A DNA stretch of 64,000 nt, from the NCBI GenBank assembly GCA_046563655.1, contig CM102288.1:1240001-1304000 (forward strand). The letters are read 5' to 3'. The translations under genes were made by a program, and so were the position numbers. Origin of the DNA: Yuukianura sp. NJ FZ-2021 (taxonomy: Eukaryota). This document shows positions 11,501 to 26,500 of the stretch, one piece after another; the first letter of the stretch is position 1, and the number at the start of each line of letters is the position of its first letter. A model generated the notes under the pieces. The model was not told the DNA's origin. It ran no database searches and was given only the letters and a program-made list of their open reading frames with translations.

Positions 11501-14500
11501 ACAAACAAGGCAAAGTCAAGAGTCAAACAAATTTTCATAAAGTTCAAACTCTTGACTTTTACGTCCACTTTCACTAAAGTTAAAAAGTAAGTCATAGGCC
11601 TTCTAAAAAAAAGTTTTGAAATAAACATTTTCGCTTCTAAAAATGAGACTTTGAGGTACATTATTTACAGAATTCGAGTTCTGGGAAATTATTTAGTTTG
11701 CAAGTTCCAAGGGAAATTTCTGTCAAGTTTTTCAAGTTCGACGTAAATTTCTTTCAAGTTTTTCACGTTCCAGTGTCAAGTTTTTTCAAGTTTCATGAAA
11801 GTTTACCTGAACTGGAAGTGGAATGAGATCGTTTCTGGTGAGTAGTTTGTCCGACTGTCCAGCTAGAAGACAAACATTTTCAAGTGCCGGGAAGACAACG
11901 ATGAGAGACACGGACCCAGTGACTTCCACTACTTCTGCATTGTACAGTCTGTGCCAAAATAAAAAAAAAAGTTAAGTTATCTAAAAAAGCAGAAAATTGT
12001 CCAAAGTGTCGTCAACTGCCTCGGGACTACTTTCTACCTCATCTTGATTTCCTTGGGGGCACCGCTTTTTCCAATAACTTTCTCTCTCAGCTCCTCACCC
12101 TCTGTGGACTCCCAAAAATCTAACTTTCTTAGCCTAAGTTAGCCTAACCTAATCTGAGCCTACTTTAGCCTAACCTCTGCACGAAAACGTTCATTCCATT
12201 TACCCACTAATAGGCTCTACAATTTTTATTTCCTCGTCCATTTCCAACCACATTAGTTTCTTTTTTAGAAACTTTGGATAGTACTTGAGACAGAAGAAGT
12301 AAGTAGTTTAGACCACTTCAACGTATACTCCACCATGCCATGTCCCAACCCCGGGATTTATTGCTTCCAAAGTTAATTGGAAAGTTCAAACTAACCTAAT
12401 CCAAGTTAGCCTAACATGCCTAACCTAATCTAAGTTAGGCTAACCTAATCCAAGACTTCCAGAAATTACCGATCTAAACTTACCGATGAGTGAGGGACAC
12501 AGCAGGATCAATCTCAAGGAATGCAAATAATTTCCGCATGGCTGAGTTGAGTTGAGATCGAAACAGTTCTTGGGCTTCCGAGAGTTCAGTTGACCCCGGG
12601 TCAACTGCTGGATCTCCATCTGAGTCATCAGGATCTTTGGGCTCAACGTCCTCCATTTCCTCATCTTTCATGTTATTGTTAGTTTCCATCATGGACAGGG
12701 ACTCGGTAGACTTGGATTGCACCATTCGTTGAATTAGAAGCCACTCCTCACTGGAAATCCAAAAACAAAAGCGTCAAGTTCCAATTAAAAAACAGAAATT
12801 AACGCGCACTAGATTCATAAATGTTGGATGAACCCTGGAACCTTCCATGAATTTCCAGAAAGCATGAACTACGTCGCTGAAAACTGCTTTTATGCTCTTT
12901 ATAACTTGAATGTGAAAATTTGGAGAGTAAAGGGGTAATTTTAACATGCTGATTTAGATGGAAGGAAAATTGAAACTTGTGGTTTTGAAATGCTGCCGTG
13001 GCTGCTGTTACTGAGAAAGTGAAAGCATGTAGGAACTTGAGTATGGTTTGAAAATAAGTGGAATGCAAAGGTGAAAGGCATAGTATAATAGGAAACAGAA
13101 TTTGAGTGTTATTTATGCCAGGGTGGATACAGTCATTCTGGCGCCCTTTTTCAACATCCCTCGAAACCCGGCCATTTCACTCACTTAACTTCGTTTTAAT
13201 CGATTACTTTCAAAATCTGAGTTCATAGTTCCAAAAGTTACTCAAATTTCTAAGTTTGACGCCAAGTTTTTACTCTGTACATTCTACAGAGTGGGTTGAT
13301 AAAAAAAATTGCAGTTCCAAAAAATCTACCTACTTGGGAATTCGGAAGTTTAAATGAATTACTCGATTATTTTCGAAAAGGTATTATTCGATGTAAAATC
13401 TGCGTCTGATTAAAATCGCTTTCCCTAAGCTAACTTTCTAGAACTGCCAGAAGACTCGAAGTGAAAGTCTGGCTCACCTTGAAACATGTGGATTATCTCT
13501 GATCTTTGCATGTGGAAGGATATTAGGCGTCTTCTCTGGAACCACAATCTTGAGCGGCCCATCTACGAAACTGGCTAATTTGAGGTAGCCCATGTACAGG
13601 CCCTTGCCCAGCGGAATATTACTCACTTGATGGTACAAGATCTGCTCCTATGGGACATCAACATAACATTGTCTTTAGTTTAACATACTATCATATGTGT
13701 CTCTAAACAAATTTAACTGAAGAGACTCCAGTGACTCTCCCAGAGGCATAGGAGATAATAGTTTACTTGGATGGAATTGATGAGGACATCCGAGATGTCA
13801 TCTGTAGTCTTGCGCGTGCTCATCTTCGTAAGTGGAGACCAGCGGACGTTGAGAGATGAGATCATTTTGGTACTCCGGACGTAGTTGATCGTACTGATGA
13901 TCACAACGGAATTGGACTTGTCTCGGATCGTTTTATAATAGAGCCGACCCAGATCTCCAGTCCCCAGAGCATTCTGAACATCCAAATTTCAAAATCCAGG
14001 ATTAAAATTTTTCAAAATTCCTTCAGATTTTTTAAATTTTGATCTTTCCTTAATTTACCTGCATAGCTGCGGCTGCTTGGAGTAATTTGAGTCTAAAATG
14101 GAACGTGGAAGCACTTCCTGACTTTTCCATGTCCTGTTTCAAACATTTTACGTCTTCCCAAGTACATGCAACCTACAAAAATAAATCAGAGTTACTAAAA
14201 TTTGGAAACGTGTGAAGATGTACTTTTCACACCTCGAGGTGTGAAAAGCATTGCAAAGTTAAATTGGAGCCAATTACCTTGAGAAGCCAGTGAAAGTCGT
14301 TGTGAAGGGAACTGGGGAAAGTCTCATCAATTTCAATTGTTGGCAAAAACTCTTCCGTCGTCACAAGCAGTTTGTCTTCGCTATACATTACGCAGGATAG
14401 AAAAACACCTCTGAAAAAAATAACACAAAAAGAAACCAAATCTTATTAACTTTCACCAAAATCTCATTAAAACTTCACACAAAAAATCTCAATTGTCAAA

Positions 14501-17500
14501 TCTTCATCCACCTTTCAAAGAAAAAAGCTACTCAGATGGAGAAAGTTCGAAACTCACTTTTTGAAGATTTTTTGGACAAAAAATTTTTTGGCAAAAGTTT
14601 TGACACTAGACATTTTTTGAAGAAAGGACAGTTCTTTTTAGCATGCGGAAGGACTTTTCCATAAACTTTTTGAAGTACTAATCATAACAAGAACAAGAAA
14701 GAAAGTGAAAAGGGAGGAGACGGCACAAAAAGATGGAACGAAATGGGCTCTTAACTCACAAATTTTGTGCACGCACGGAAAGAAAAAAAGGCGGTGGCCT
14801 AGGGTGAAAGTTTTGGCAAAAAAAAAATTCCTGCTGTTTTATCTTTCTTCTGTGTTTTATTTTGTGTAAAACTTACTTCAACTGTAAAAGAGAAAGCAAA
14901 AAATGAAGTTTTCTGCAAAAATCATTTATAAAGATCAACTTTTGAGTTAAAATTTATTTTTTTTGAGTAATTCGCCAAAAGCAAAAGACTTGTATGTTCA
15001 AAACAGAAGAACAAAAACAAAAGAAAGACAGAAATGACTGATCCACTGTGAGAAATGATTGATAGCAAAAGGAAACCAAAATAAATTGATTTCCGCGGGG
15101 AACAAAAGAGAAAGCGTTTCTCAATTTTCGTTTCTTTCTTTTTGTTTTCTTTAAAAAATGAACAGAAAAACCTCGTAGGGCGTCTTGCATTCAATTTTTA
15201 ATGGAAAAACAGCTTCTTTTTTCGATTCCAATTTATATCCAAAATAAAATAAACTCATTTTAGTTACAGCGCACAAGTAATAGTAAAAAGACGCGCCACG
15301 AAAACAAACTTTTCATGAATGAATTCATGAGATTCAAAAAACGTAGTAGGGATTCTATAAGAACAGAAAAAAATTTTTGATACATTCGAATTACGTAAGA
15401 AATCCAGCTACTACGTTTGACCCAGAAAAAAAAAAGTGATAGACGTAAAAATTTCCAATTTTGCATGAACATGAAAATTCCAGAAGTGGTGAAAAAGTGA
15501 TCATTTCTTGTGGGAATTCAGGTGACAGTGTAAAAAAAACGAGCAATAGGCGCCTCTTGTGGATCTGGCATCATAGCAGTGTAGACATTTTTGTGTGTAA
15601 CTTTCTTTTAAGTTACCTCGAAATTGAATTTTTTACCTTTTGAAGTTTTTTTGAAACTTGGGAGCTGCGGAAAAGAGTTGTTTGATGGAAATGATTTTTT
15701 GGTTTTTCTTTTGTTGAGATGATGGTGGGATGTACGTTGGGCCAATGACTGCAGAAGAAGTTGAGCCTTCTAGGGGATAGTGATGACTCAGATCCGTTTT
15801 GAAATCAATACGACGTATTTCGGAGGCGTATTCTGGACGAGCATCTCGAATTTGTTTAAAAATTACATCAAAAATAACGGATTTCCCTGTGTATCTACTC
15901 GTTCGTCGAGGTTCAATATCACGCCAACCTACAGGATTAAACAAAAAGTGAAAAAAATCAGTTAAAAATATTTGTGCATCGACAATCAAAATTGATGGTG
16001 AAAGTTTTAGTTTTGACTTTCACTAATTAATTTTTCTAGTAACGCTTATACCTTTTAGGATTCTAAAATTTGAAAATAAAACTTTTGTGCCCCTACGGGA
16101 CATGGAGCAAGACAGTTCCTATGAAACACGCAAATGTTACACTCAAATCCGGACTTTGTCTTGTCATCGCTCCTTTCCCCAGCGGAGTTTGCATCTACTC
16201 GTACTTTCTCCCGCGCTTTCTCCACAAATCCAACCACGAAAACCCATTGGAGCTTAAATCCCTGACTCATCAAAATTTCTTACCACATTGATTTCCCTAC
16301 CCAACTATAAAACCAAACCAAGCGGAAGTGAAAGCCAACTTTCTCTTTTTTCAAATCACTGCTTCTTTTTTAAAAAGTTAAAAATAAAATTTGAAATTTG
16401 ACATAAACATTAAAAGTAAAATCTTACTCGAGGGAACAACGGAGGCTGGAACGGCCTTGACATAGTCTCCATAACCAGCACAGTTCCCACAACTAACTCG
16501 GAAGAAAACGCGTTTGCCCGGTTTGAGGTCATTCAGAATCGTCTCCATTCTGCGCAGGTCAAATATTTCCATGACCCTGGTTGCCGGTCCAGTTCGAAAC
16601 TCCTCGGAATGACTCCATTCGACTATGAAAATACAAAAAGTTAACATTTTAACATTAGTAATTCATTGTATGCCGCACAATTTCCAGAAACCATAAAATT
16701 ACAGAGTCAAATTTAAAAGTTTTGGTGGGAAATCCCCTGTTTTACTACACATTCTACGCCCTAAGTTGGATCCTTTCTTGGGTTAAGTCAATCTATCTTG
16801 TGGAAAATAAGGACAAATGGGAAAGGAAAAGTTCCCAAATGTAATTTCACGTCCACTTTCTCCTCCCACACCAAAGTAGTACTGCGAAGAGGGAGTAACT
16901 TTTCCACAGAATTTGCCAAAATACGAACAAAACGAAAAGAAGGTTGGCAGGAGCAAAAGAACAAAGTAAAAAGAAAAACGAAAGAAACTTTTCACTTTCT
17001 CCTTCACAAGAAAGTTCTCTCTGTCCTAAAAAAAACTTTTGGTGTGCCCTCTACTTTCTTCGCGAGTCGAATTTATCAATTCATTAAGTTCATAATTCAT
17101 ATTTATGGCACTTTTGAACTCTAAAAGGTACGTCGGAGTAACCCAACCCATGCTAAAGCCTTTTTCAGAACAAATTACTCCAAAGTCTAACCATTTTTTG
17201 CGTTTACGAGGAAATTTTTTTTGAACTTTTTTCCAAAAATTTTAATAACGCGTTCCCTCCTACTGTTCAAACAATGTTGAATGGAAAATCATGTTACACG
17301 AGCCATCTGATCTCCCCCTTTGCTTTTTCAAAATTGGAAATCGCATCCCTTTTGGCATGCTTTAGCACAGTTTCTCTTGGCATGAAGGTTGTGACGTGGT
17401 AAAGACGTTAGACAAAAGAGTGAAGGCCTCAGTTTTCGAATTTCTAAAAATAAACTTTCTTCAGATCCTGCTTTTGTTATTTTTTTGTACCACAGAAACA

Positions 17501-20500
17501 TTACATCACTTTGTTTTTCAAAAATCCGAAATTAGGAAAATGGAAATTGTTCGTTTCGGGGCTTGGAGCAAGCAATTAGACTAAAAGTGAGCCTGGAGTT
17601 TCAATATTTATGATTGTTATGTTGTGTGCAAGCGAAAATGATGAGCTTTTGGTATAACTTTTGATTAAGAGAAGCACAGAAGTGGAAAATGTTAACAATC
17701 CAGAAAATGTACAAAACAAACTTGGAAGTGAAAGGAAGTTAGTAGTAGTGAAAGTCAATATTATGTTAAGAGCGACTCAATTTGGAAATACAAACAGTGA
17801 GAGAGAACAGCCGTGCCTAGTCGTTTTTTAACTCAAGTCAGATAGGTAGTAACTTCATATATAATTTTATATTTTCAAAATTTGGTGTAAGCTGAAATTT
17901 GGTGGTATAAACGAAGGGTAGCGTTTTCATGTTTTTTGAAAAGGAGAGAAAGTGGGGTGAAAACAAGAGAGTTATTGGAAAACGTGCTTATTTTGACTTC
18001 CACCGTGCACAAAGTTCGTTCCCCTTTGATCCAGTTCTGCCAAGTTCAAACTTTCCCGCGGCTTTCACCTTAATTCACTTGATTGACTTTCTTTCTACTT
18101 TCAACGGTCAGTCATTCGAAAAAGACGAGACTTCATCAGAAGATTAAGAAACGACAGGAACGTGTCTCAGCTTCCCAAAAATGCCGAAGCCTTTTGCACT
18201 AAAACGTGTGGACGTAAGAACTTCCAGAATCTCATAAAACAATCTTCCAGGAAAACGAAAAAAGAGAAGAAAAACAGGAACTTCCAATTTCATCTTTCCT
18301 TCAGTTTAGCACAAACAATGAAAAGTCTAAGAAAGTTCAGTCGTCTCACTTCACTGCTTTTCAAATAAAATTTGGATTTCAGAAAACTTTCTCTCGCAAA
18401 AAATGGTGGCGAGAGAAAGCTCCTCACTCACAAAATTATGACAGTGAAAGTACAAATTATATTCAAAATGACATTTTTAGCTAATCAAAAATTAAAAATT
18501 TATAAATCGGTAAAAAAAAATGCCGGTCTTACAGTCAAACTTTCAAAATTTTTTGTTTAAAGCAAGACTTAGAACAAAAGTTAGGTTTAGAACACAAGTC
18601 AAGTGACTTACTGCTTATGGTAAGCTGTGCTTTTTGAAATATTGTTGCATTGTTTAGAAAACTATGTTCTAGAAAACAAGGAAAGTATTTTCCACACCTT
18701 TTCAAAATTTTCTCCCAAAGCCATTATCTCTTGGATCCGCTTATGTGTGCTACGTAAATTTCAAAGTAAATGGACCAACATCCTGCACTGCCATCGTGGG
18801 TTTAACGTGTTTGAGGAATTCGTTTTACAAAAGAGCATTAAACTGTCATCTGGGTTCTTAAGCAACCAAATTCCGGAAAACCCGTAAGCAGCTTCTGCTA
18901 AACTTTTCTTGCGTGAAGGTTTACCCAAAAGAAACTTTTGTTAAAAAAACAAAAGCGGATGAAGAATGGAAATTTTAAGTTAGAATAACCTGGATCCTAC
19001 GTTTTAAACTCCATTTTAGATACATAAACACTCTCTCCGCCTCCAGACTTTACAAAATTTTGAAAATTGACATTCCTAAACACGTTTTCGTTGAAAATGG
19101 AGCCACCGGAGGCGGTGGGGCTTGGTTCACATTAGGTTTTAAATCTAGGCGGTTAATTTTAAGTTTGTTAGGGTATGTTGAAATTAATTATGACTGAACC
19201 AGATTTTGAATAAGAATGAATGGACTATCATTAGCAAATGGTTCAGTTCACAAGGACATCGGAGAGTCTTAAGGAGAAAGTAGAAAGGAAAACTAATTTC
19301 ACGCAGTCTTTCCCCTCAATGTCCAAGACGAACAAAAACCTCTCTTTCAAAATTTCCAAAATGGAGCTTGTCCTATCCACTTTCAAAATTTCTCCACAAA
19401 TGAAGACATCCTATAGACTTTTCAAATTTTCAAAACGAAGACAACCCATAGACTTCAAATTTCAGAAAATGAAGTAACATTCTATAGTACACTTTCCAAA
19501 TTTGTGAAAACAGGAGCCATCGTATAAGCTTTCTAACCACTTTCTCCTCCAACCAACCCCAACGTCCATGCCTTCTCAAGCCAAAAACCAACAAATTTCA
19601 TTCAAAATCCAAAGTAGAGTTTAGGCTGCTGCACGCATACTTAGGGGAACAACTCAATTAAAATGAGTCTCTAGAGAAATTTTAACATCCTACAAGACAG
19701 GATCTCCATTTCCCTTGTACTTTCTTACCTCAACAGTTAAAGTTCACAACTTTCATAACCTGATGTTACGGTAACTTATGGAAAATTTGAATAAGTTATG
19801 CTAAATTTCAAAACTGAGAGAAAGTTAAGTCAAGACTATAATGGAAAAGGAAAAGTTGAGCTAAAATTGTAAGTACCGTTTTTTAGCCATTGCTCAAAAA
19901 ATTATTAATTCGTGTGAATGGTTTTGACAGGGACGATATTTTCAGGTGAATAGACGCTGAAGTTCTTGTTTAGTTAAGTTTGCCTTAATTTAAGTCAAAA
20001 TTACTGTTTATGTGCTTTAAATTAGCTTTCAGCTGATAATGTTAAGAAGAAAGTAAAATTTTGACTTACTTTTGTATTTGGTTGAAATGGAGTTTTCCTT
20101 GGATTCATTTTCCTGCAAGCGTATTTTGACCGAAGTGGGTCCGATGACATCCAGTGTAACTTTCGTGGGAGCATCCGGTGGCCCTGGAGACAAAAAACAG
20201 AAATAGAAACACGAGAACTTTCAAAAAGCGGCAGGTTAAGCGAAAAGACTAACTTAGTGTTAATCTAGCCCTATAAATTTAAACCTTTATTTTACGTCTC
20301 CACCAGCAGTGACTGTGAAACAAAAGGTGTAGAAAGAGGCGGATGTTCTCGGCCCCCGCTAACGATCTCTCTTTGTCTCACTTTTACTTTTCCAGAAAAG
20401 AGAAAGTCGGTAAGTACAAGGCAGTAGCCGGTACAAAGCCTTTGGCTAAACCAAACTTTCACTCCAATTCCATTTCTACCGAAACGCACAACCTAAAAAG

Positions 20501-23500
20501 TCACAGTCTCTAGTCTATTCCTTTGTTTACTTTCGGGGTTGGGTTAACTAACCTTAACCACCGAAAAACCCGAATTCGGGTAAAGAATAACCACATCCTG
20601 TGGAGTATGCTTTTGTTCATGGTTGACGTAAGCCGTCAGCAGGTGGGTCATTTCGTTTCGTCAAACGTCAACAAAACCAAATGATCACGTAAACATGATG
20701 ACGCCAAAGTCACGTTCAAGATTTACTAAGAGTATTGTAGACAGAACATCAAAAATTGGTGATTTTGAAGCAAAAGATACCAATTTTGAAGATTTGGTGT
20801 ATACGTTGTGCAGATTTTACGAATTTTTGTAGATTTTGCTGCATTTCACGGATATGTAAATTTTAGTAACAGTTTACGTATTTTTTGTAAGTTTTGATTC
20901 ATGTTAGGGAGTGTGTTTGATACGGAATGTTTTGAAATTTTAGAGCTTGTTAAACCCGTGTCTCATCAAATTTGTTGATTAAGGACAAGAGATTTTTATT
21001 GGCGAAAGACTTATTTGGACAAAAGTTGTAAAATTTTCATTTTCGAAAGAAAAAGAGTCAAGGTTATCAATAAAAAGTGACATGTCGAAGGTTAGGACAT
21101 AACCATAAATGGAAGTCATTGAGTTTATGGCCAGGCAAGTGTCACCTACATCAAGGATGTACGATGTGTAACTGTGTTTTTTTTGGAAGTGTTGAACGTG
21201 TTCCTAAAAAGAACAGGCAATAAATTTTGGACGGTCAACTTTCACCGCCGCCGTGAATAAAATATTGACTGGACAATTTTTTTCCTGGAATGTTTTCTCT
21301 GGAGAAAGTTTTGGAGGCGAAGACGGCTCATCGTAACTTTTTAAATTTTCTCCCGGCGCTAACTCTTTTTCAGCTTCAGTTGCTAGTGGACCGCTTAATG
21401 CAAGCCCTAAGTTCTAAAAAGCAATTTTCTAAATTGTAAAAAGTGCTCTTTTTTAATTTCTTACGTATCTGCGTATACTCTGTTCTCATTTTGCGGAATC
21501 GTTTGTATCTTTTTTCCCAGACGTGAAACTCTTTTTCCAGATCCTTGAGCTGGGCAGGTGAGAGGTTCCCAAAGGTAGAGCACTTGAGAATCTTGGCCAT
21601 CAAATCCTCAGACTTCTTCTCAGCTTCCTGGACAATGCAATTCAGTTGCTCACTCATGGACTCCTTCCGCCCTGAATCCACAAAACACAAAGTTATAGTA
21701 CTCTAAGAGTCCATTTCCATCTTTCTCCAAAAAGACTTTGTTCAAATGGGGACATAAACCCCATAAAGCCCAAAAGAGTCTCTTCAACTTTTAGTTCTCT
21801 CGGACTCTCCAGAGAGTCTTTCTCCAATCATTATACAATGTAAAAACCCTCCTCCTGCTTTCACGCACAGAAAGCCTAAATCCTACGAACTAAAGTTAGG
21901 TTAGAGCTACGTTCTAAAGCGGTAGCAATGAATTTGAGTGCTCTTCAAAAGGTCAAAGGTCATCACTTTTCTACAATTCTACGTCTCTGTGTCCCCCTTG
22001 TGCACTCGAAAACGCAATCAAAAGTCACCGGGAAAAGGAACAAAATTTCATTTTTACATTTACATTTTTGCATTTTAATGCATTTTCCAGCCATACTTTC
22101 TCCAACTGTGAATATTTTTTCACTTTTTCCAACTTTTTTTTAAGTTAGCGTTTTTTCCATAAAATTTGTCATTTTTTGTTACTAAATATTTTTTGTGACA
22201 AGGCTGTAGTGAAAGTGTATTGAAAATCAGAGCGATCAGTTGGAAGAAGTGAAAGTAGAGACAGGTAGAAAATGGAAAAGGAAAACGAAAGAGTTTTCTC
22301 ATTTCGGGGTTAGTTGTATTCTCATCAGGTAAAATCAATTTAACTTCGGCACAATTTCAGAAACTGAGCACTTAAGACTCTGTCTTTCTTCCGCTAGTCT
22401 TTCTTAGCCCTATACTCAATCAATACTTAAACTGGATCGAAAAGAACAAAAGTTGGGACAAGAAAAGTAAATCCGTAGAAGAAAGGAGACTTTATGAAAA
22501 AAGCTTCCTTTTTGTTCATCCTTCCTTCTGTATTCTATCAGACGAATATCCGTTTTAGCTCCCTAACCTAAACTTTCCGTCAAAAATAAATTACTATCAA
22601 GGAAAACACGTCTGGAACATTTTTCAATTCTTTTGCCTCGAAAGAGTTACAAAAGCTCGGAACACTTTGAACTTCGCCCTGCACGTTGATTTTTTTTTAC
22701 ATGAACGTTAAAATTAGAATCTTCATGTTCGGATGAACTTGGTAAACGGTAAAAGCGTATCGAACAATCACACTAGCGTGTCTTGTTAAGTGACAAATTC
22801 GCTTCAAATGGGCCAATTTTTCGTAATTTTTGACAAAAAAGTCGCGACGACAATTTTGAGTCAAAATTTTAGACCGTATTTGGGGAGAAATATGGCGTGA
22901 ATTTTGTCAGCGGATGTTTGACAACAACCTTGAGACGACATATATGAAAAAATGCGCAGTTTTCTTTTCTTAATTTCTTAGTATGAACTGTAGTTGTGTA
23001 TTGACGAGGTCAAAAGGTCAATTTGCTAACATGTGCTTACAGTATTGATTGTCAGTGGCTCCGTGGGAAAGGAGGAGTTTGACCATTGGTCGATTCCGGA
23101 GTATCACAGCCAAGTCGAGCACAGTGAGTCCATCCACTGTCAACCTGCCAAAAAGTAATCAGACACTAAATTGCATTTTTGGATTTCAATTTTGTAATCA
23201 AGTAATCAACTTATTGTCGCTCTTCATTAGTTAATTGAATTTGGTTTTAAGTTTAAAACGGTGTTACTTCACTTACCCATTGAGATCCACGTCACTCGTC
23301 TCCAGAAAAGTCTTCACTTTACCCAGATTTCCACCTTCAACGGCTCCCACAAATCCTGTCCAAAAAATCAAAGTCCATTTCAATTAAAAATTGAGAACTA
23401 AAGCACTAATTTTAAAAAGTCACCCGAAGGTCACAAGGTCAACATAAGTCTGATCAATCCTTGTGCTAGTTTGGGGTTACTTTCACTAGCAAGTGACGCC

Positions 23501-26500
23501 GGCATACTAAAATATTCAAATTTTGAACAAATTTTGAGGATTTTTTGTTTCAAAATTTTGAACTGTAAAATGCAAAATTCTTAAGCATTCTGCTGGTGAT
23601 CTCTGATCTCTTGCGTCTCCAAATCCCAAATGGAAAATTTGAGCTATCTAAGCAAATCTTTGCATCAAAATTTAAAAAAAAACTGAAAAATTTTGGAAAA
23701 ATTTTGTTCTTCATAAATCCTAATGGAAAAAATGCCACACGCTTAGGGAATTTGTGGATTATGTCGTATCTCATAACAATTTTAGTTTTGGATTATTGGT
23801 AAATGTGTCCCAACAGATTTTAGATTGAGTTTGTTACATCGATACTACATAGAAAGAATAAGTTAGTTTCGTTCCAGATCACTAGAAAACTACAAGCAGA
23901 GGTTTAGTTGAATCTCCTAATTTGATCTCATCCATTGATTTGTGTCTTTGGACGTGGGCAGAGGGAAGAACGGAAGAACTTACAGCCCAAATTACTCTTT
24001 TGATTTGATCAAAGTGGGCCATAACTACCCGGCTTCCCAGAAAGTCCTCGTGTCCATAACATGTACGAAGATGGAGTAGAACGGAAATGAAAGGAGAAAG
24101 TAAGTAATTAGAAACTACAAGGCAGGCAATATCCACTCTTCTTTTTTGTCGTCTAGGATTTGATTAACGGCGACACTACAAGTCACCGCGTCCTTCGCTC
24201 TGTTTGTTTTCCTGTTCTTAGAATCCTAGAATTCTAGTGCCTCAGTTGCTAGTTTCTAGAATTCTGCCATTTCCACCACCCTTTTGTTCATTTTGTTCAA
24301 ATACTGTTCCAGTACCGTCATAGTTGGCATTGATTCCCTCCAACTTTTCCACTCTTCTGAGACTTCCTTTTCCAACAAAAAAGTCCATGTCAGTCAATTA
24401 GTCGCTCTACGAAGTCCACCAACTGAGCCACCACAGCCACCAACAGCATCTTCACAAAACGGACCAATTGGAGAGCAGGAAGGCAAACGAACACAAGGCA
24501 ACACGAGAAGCAACTAAAAAGCCACAAAACGACAACACAATTAGCTAAAACATAAAATTTACACTTAGAGCACTTCGTAACTCTAAAGGTAAAGACTAAA
24601 AGGCGTTGCTACTTTTGAGTTTTAGTTCTGAGTAAACTAATGAAAGTTTGAGCTTTTGAGACTTTAATGAATCTATGCATAATGTACAATGTCATTCAGC
24701 ACTCGAGCGCTTCATACACAATGTTAACAACTGCATAAACTCCGAAAACGTTTGATTTTGAAGAAATTAAACAGAAACTGACTCATTTTGAATTTTTTCA
24801 AAATATTCTTTAAAAAGTATTTGTAACGTTTCAAATTTAGACCTAAATGTTAAAACCTGTCTAATCAAAGCTTAAAATCAATTCTTTTCTTTGGTTTTGA
24901 AAGTAGCAGAGCTTTTTTAAATACAAATGTATGAATGCTAAGCTAAAAATTGATGCGTCAATTGAAAACTATGAAAAAATTTGGACTGTACCTTATGATT
25001 AGTGATGTGTAAATTAATTCAGATGGACTTTAAGTTGTACAGAGTTTTGATCTTTTTGTTGAACTTTTAACTTTTTGTTGTGTTTAATAAAATTGAGACT
25101 ACTACAACTTTGAAGTGTGAAAATTCAATTTTAAAAACTGAGTTTTTAAAAAGTTTGTGTTGGAGCGTTGGGGTCCTCACATGACCTGGCACGGCACACC
25201 TGAATTGGTTCGGTTTCTGAGGTTGAATTACTTACACAAAACGATGCGTATAGCATATCCCCTACCTTACTCTCCTTCTTCTATTTTTTTGTAACTTCAC
25301 AAGGGTCTGCCTCGGGGTGAAAATGAAAAAAAAACACGAAAGTATACCAAATATGGTATAATTTTTTGGTTTTCAACAACTTTAGACTAGTTTCACACCA
25401 GTTTCTTACTTTTCTCACACGATTTTTCAAAAAAAAAAGTCAAAGGATGTCTCAAATTAAGTCAGGATGACATGAACAGGTAACAGAAAAGTCGAAACAT
25501 ACATTCCGGTGGAAACTTAGAGAAAAAGTTATAGTTTCTCATGCAAGCAGGCGCAGTTATACTATCCTTACACATAATTTCATATCCTTTCATATTTTCA
25601 TTTACGTCAAAATTTTTAAAATTCGAAATCGACGAAATCCAAAATTTCAAAATATTGCTCTTCTCTTCCACCAAGATAACGGCCTTACTTCGTTCAAATC
25701 ATTCTGAATTTAAATTTCTCGGTCCAGTTCTCTCTCGCCTTTTGCAGAAGTGAAACAGTTAATCCGCTTTCACCTTTCTCTTGTTTCCGAAATGAACAAA
25801 AGTGGTTCTCATAATGGAAAATTCAAAATTTGACGCAACTCGAGAAATTTCCAGTTTCATTCAACGTTACCTACAACTCGAACAGCATTCCAGTTGAAAA
25901 TACGTTTTTTGAATTTTGGAAAACAAAAATTGTTTGAAAAATTTCAAAATCATTTGGGAAAAGGCTGTGCTATTTTCAAAACCTTCGCAGAAATCGACTT
26001 CTGAGAAAGTATTTTGGCCGAAATGAAAAGGATAATAAAAGAAGAGGCTTGCGAAAGAGGCTTTTTGCGTTTAGCAATAATTCTGGAGGGGCGTAGCTAC
26101 TACCAACAGCAGAGGCAGTGGTTTTTGGCCATTATTAGTCCAACACATGCAGAGAGAAAGTCACTAACAAAAAGTAAACATAAAAATAGGCTTCCAGAAG
26201 ATCCCGGCAACTTTCTATTTGAACAATCCCAGACTCTTATGGGGTTGAAAAGCTCATAAAATCTGAGACTCCCTCAATAGGCCCATTTGGACCTAAACTG
26301 GAGAACTGGCACAAGGAGACTGTAATTGAAATTTCCAGTTTACCAAAATGATTTACTTCCAAAACGCACCATGGAGGAAACAAACTTATTTTGAAAACAT
26401 AAAAAAAGTTGTATTTTTGTTGGAAAAGTTGTTTTTTTTTTTACCTTCTTGGAGTCTGTTGTCCGGTCGATGGCCACAAGTAGGTCCGGCGCTACTGGTT

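Noticed and set aside
23882..24136. 84-aa minus-strand ORF in a wake intron as an extra exon
   Set aside because: I could not find a convincing in-phase acceptor/donor pair.
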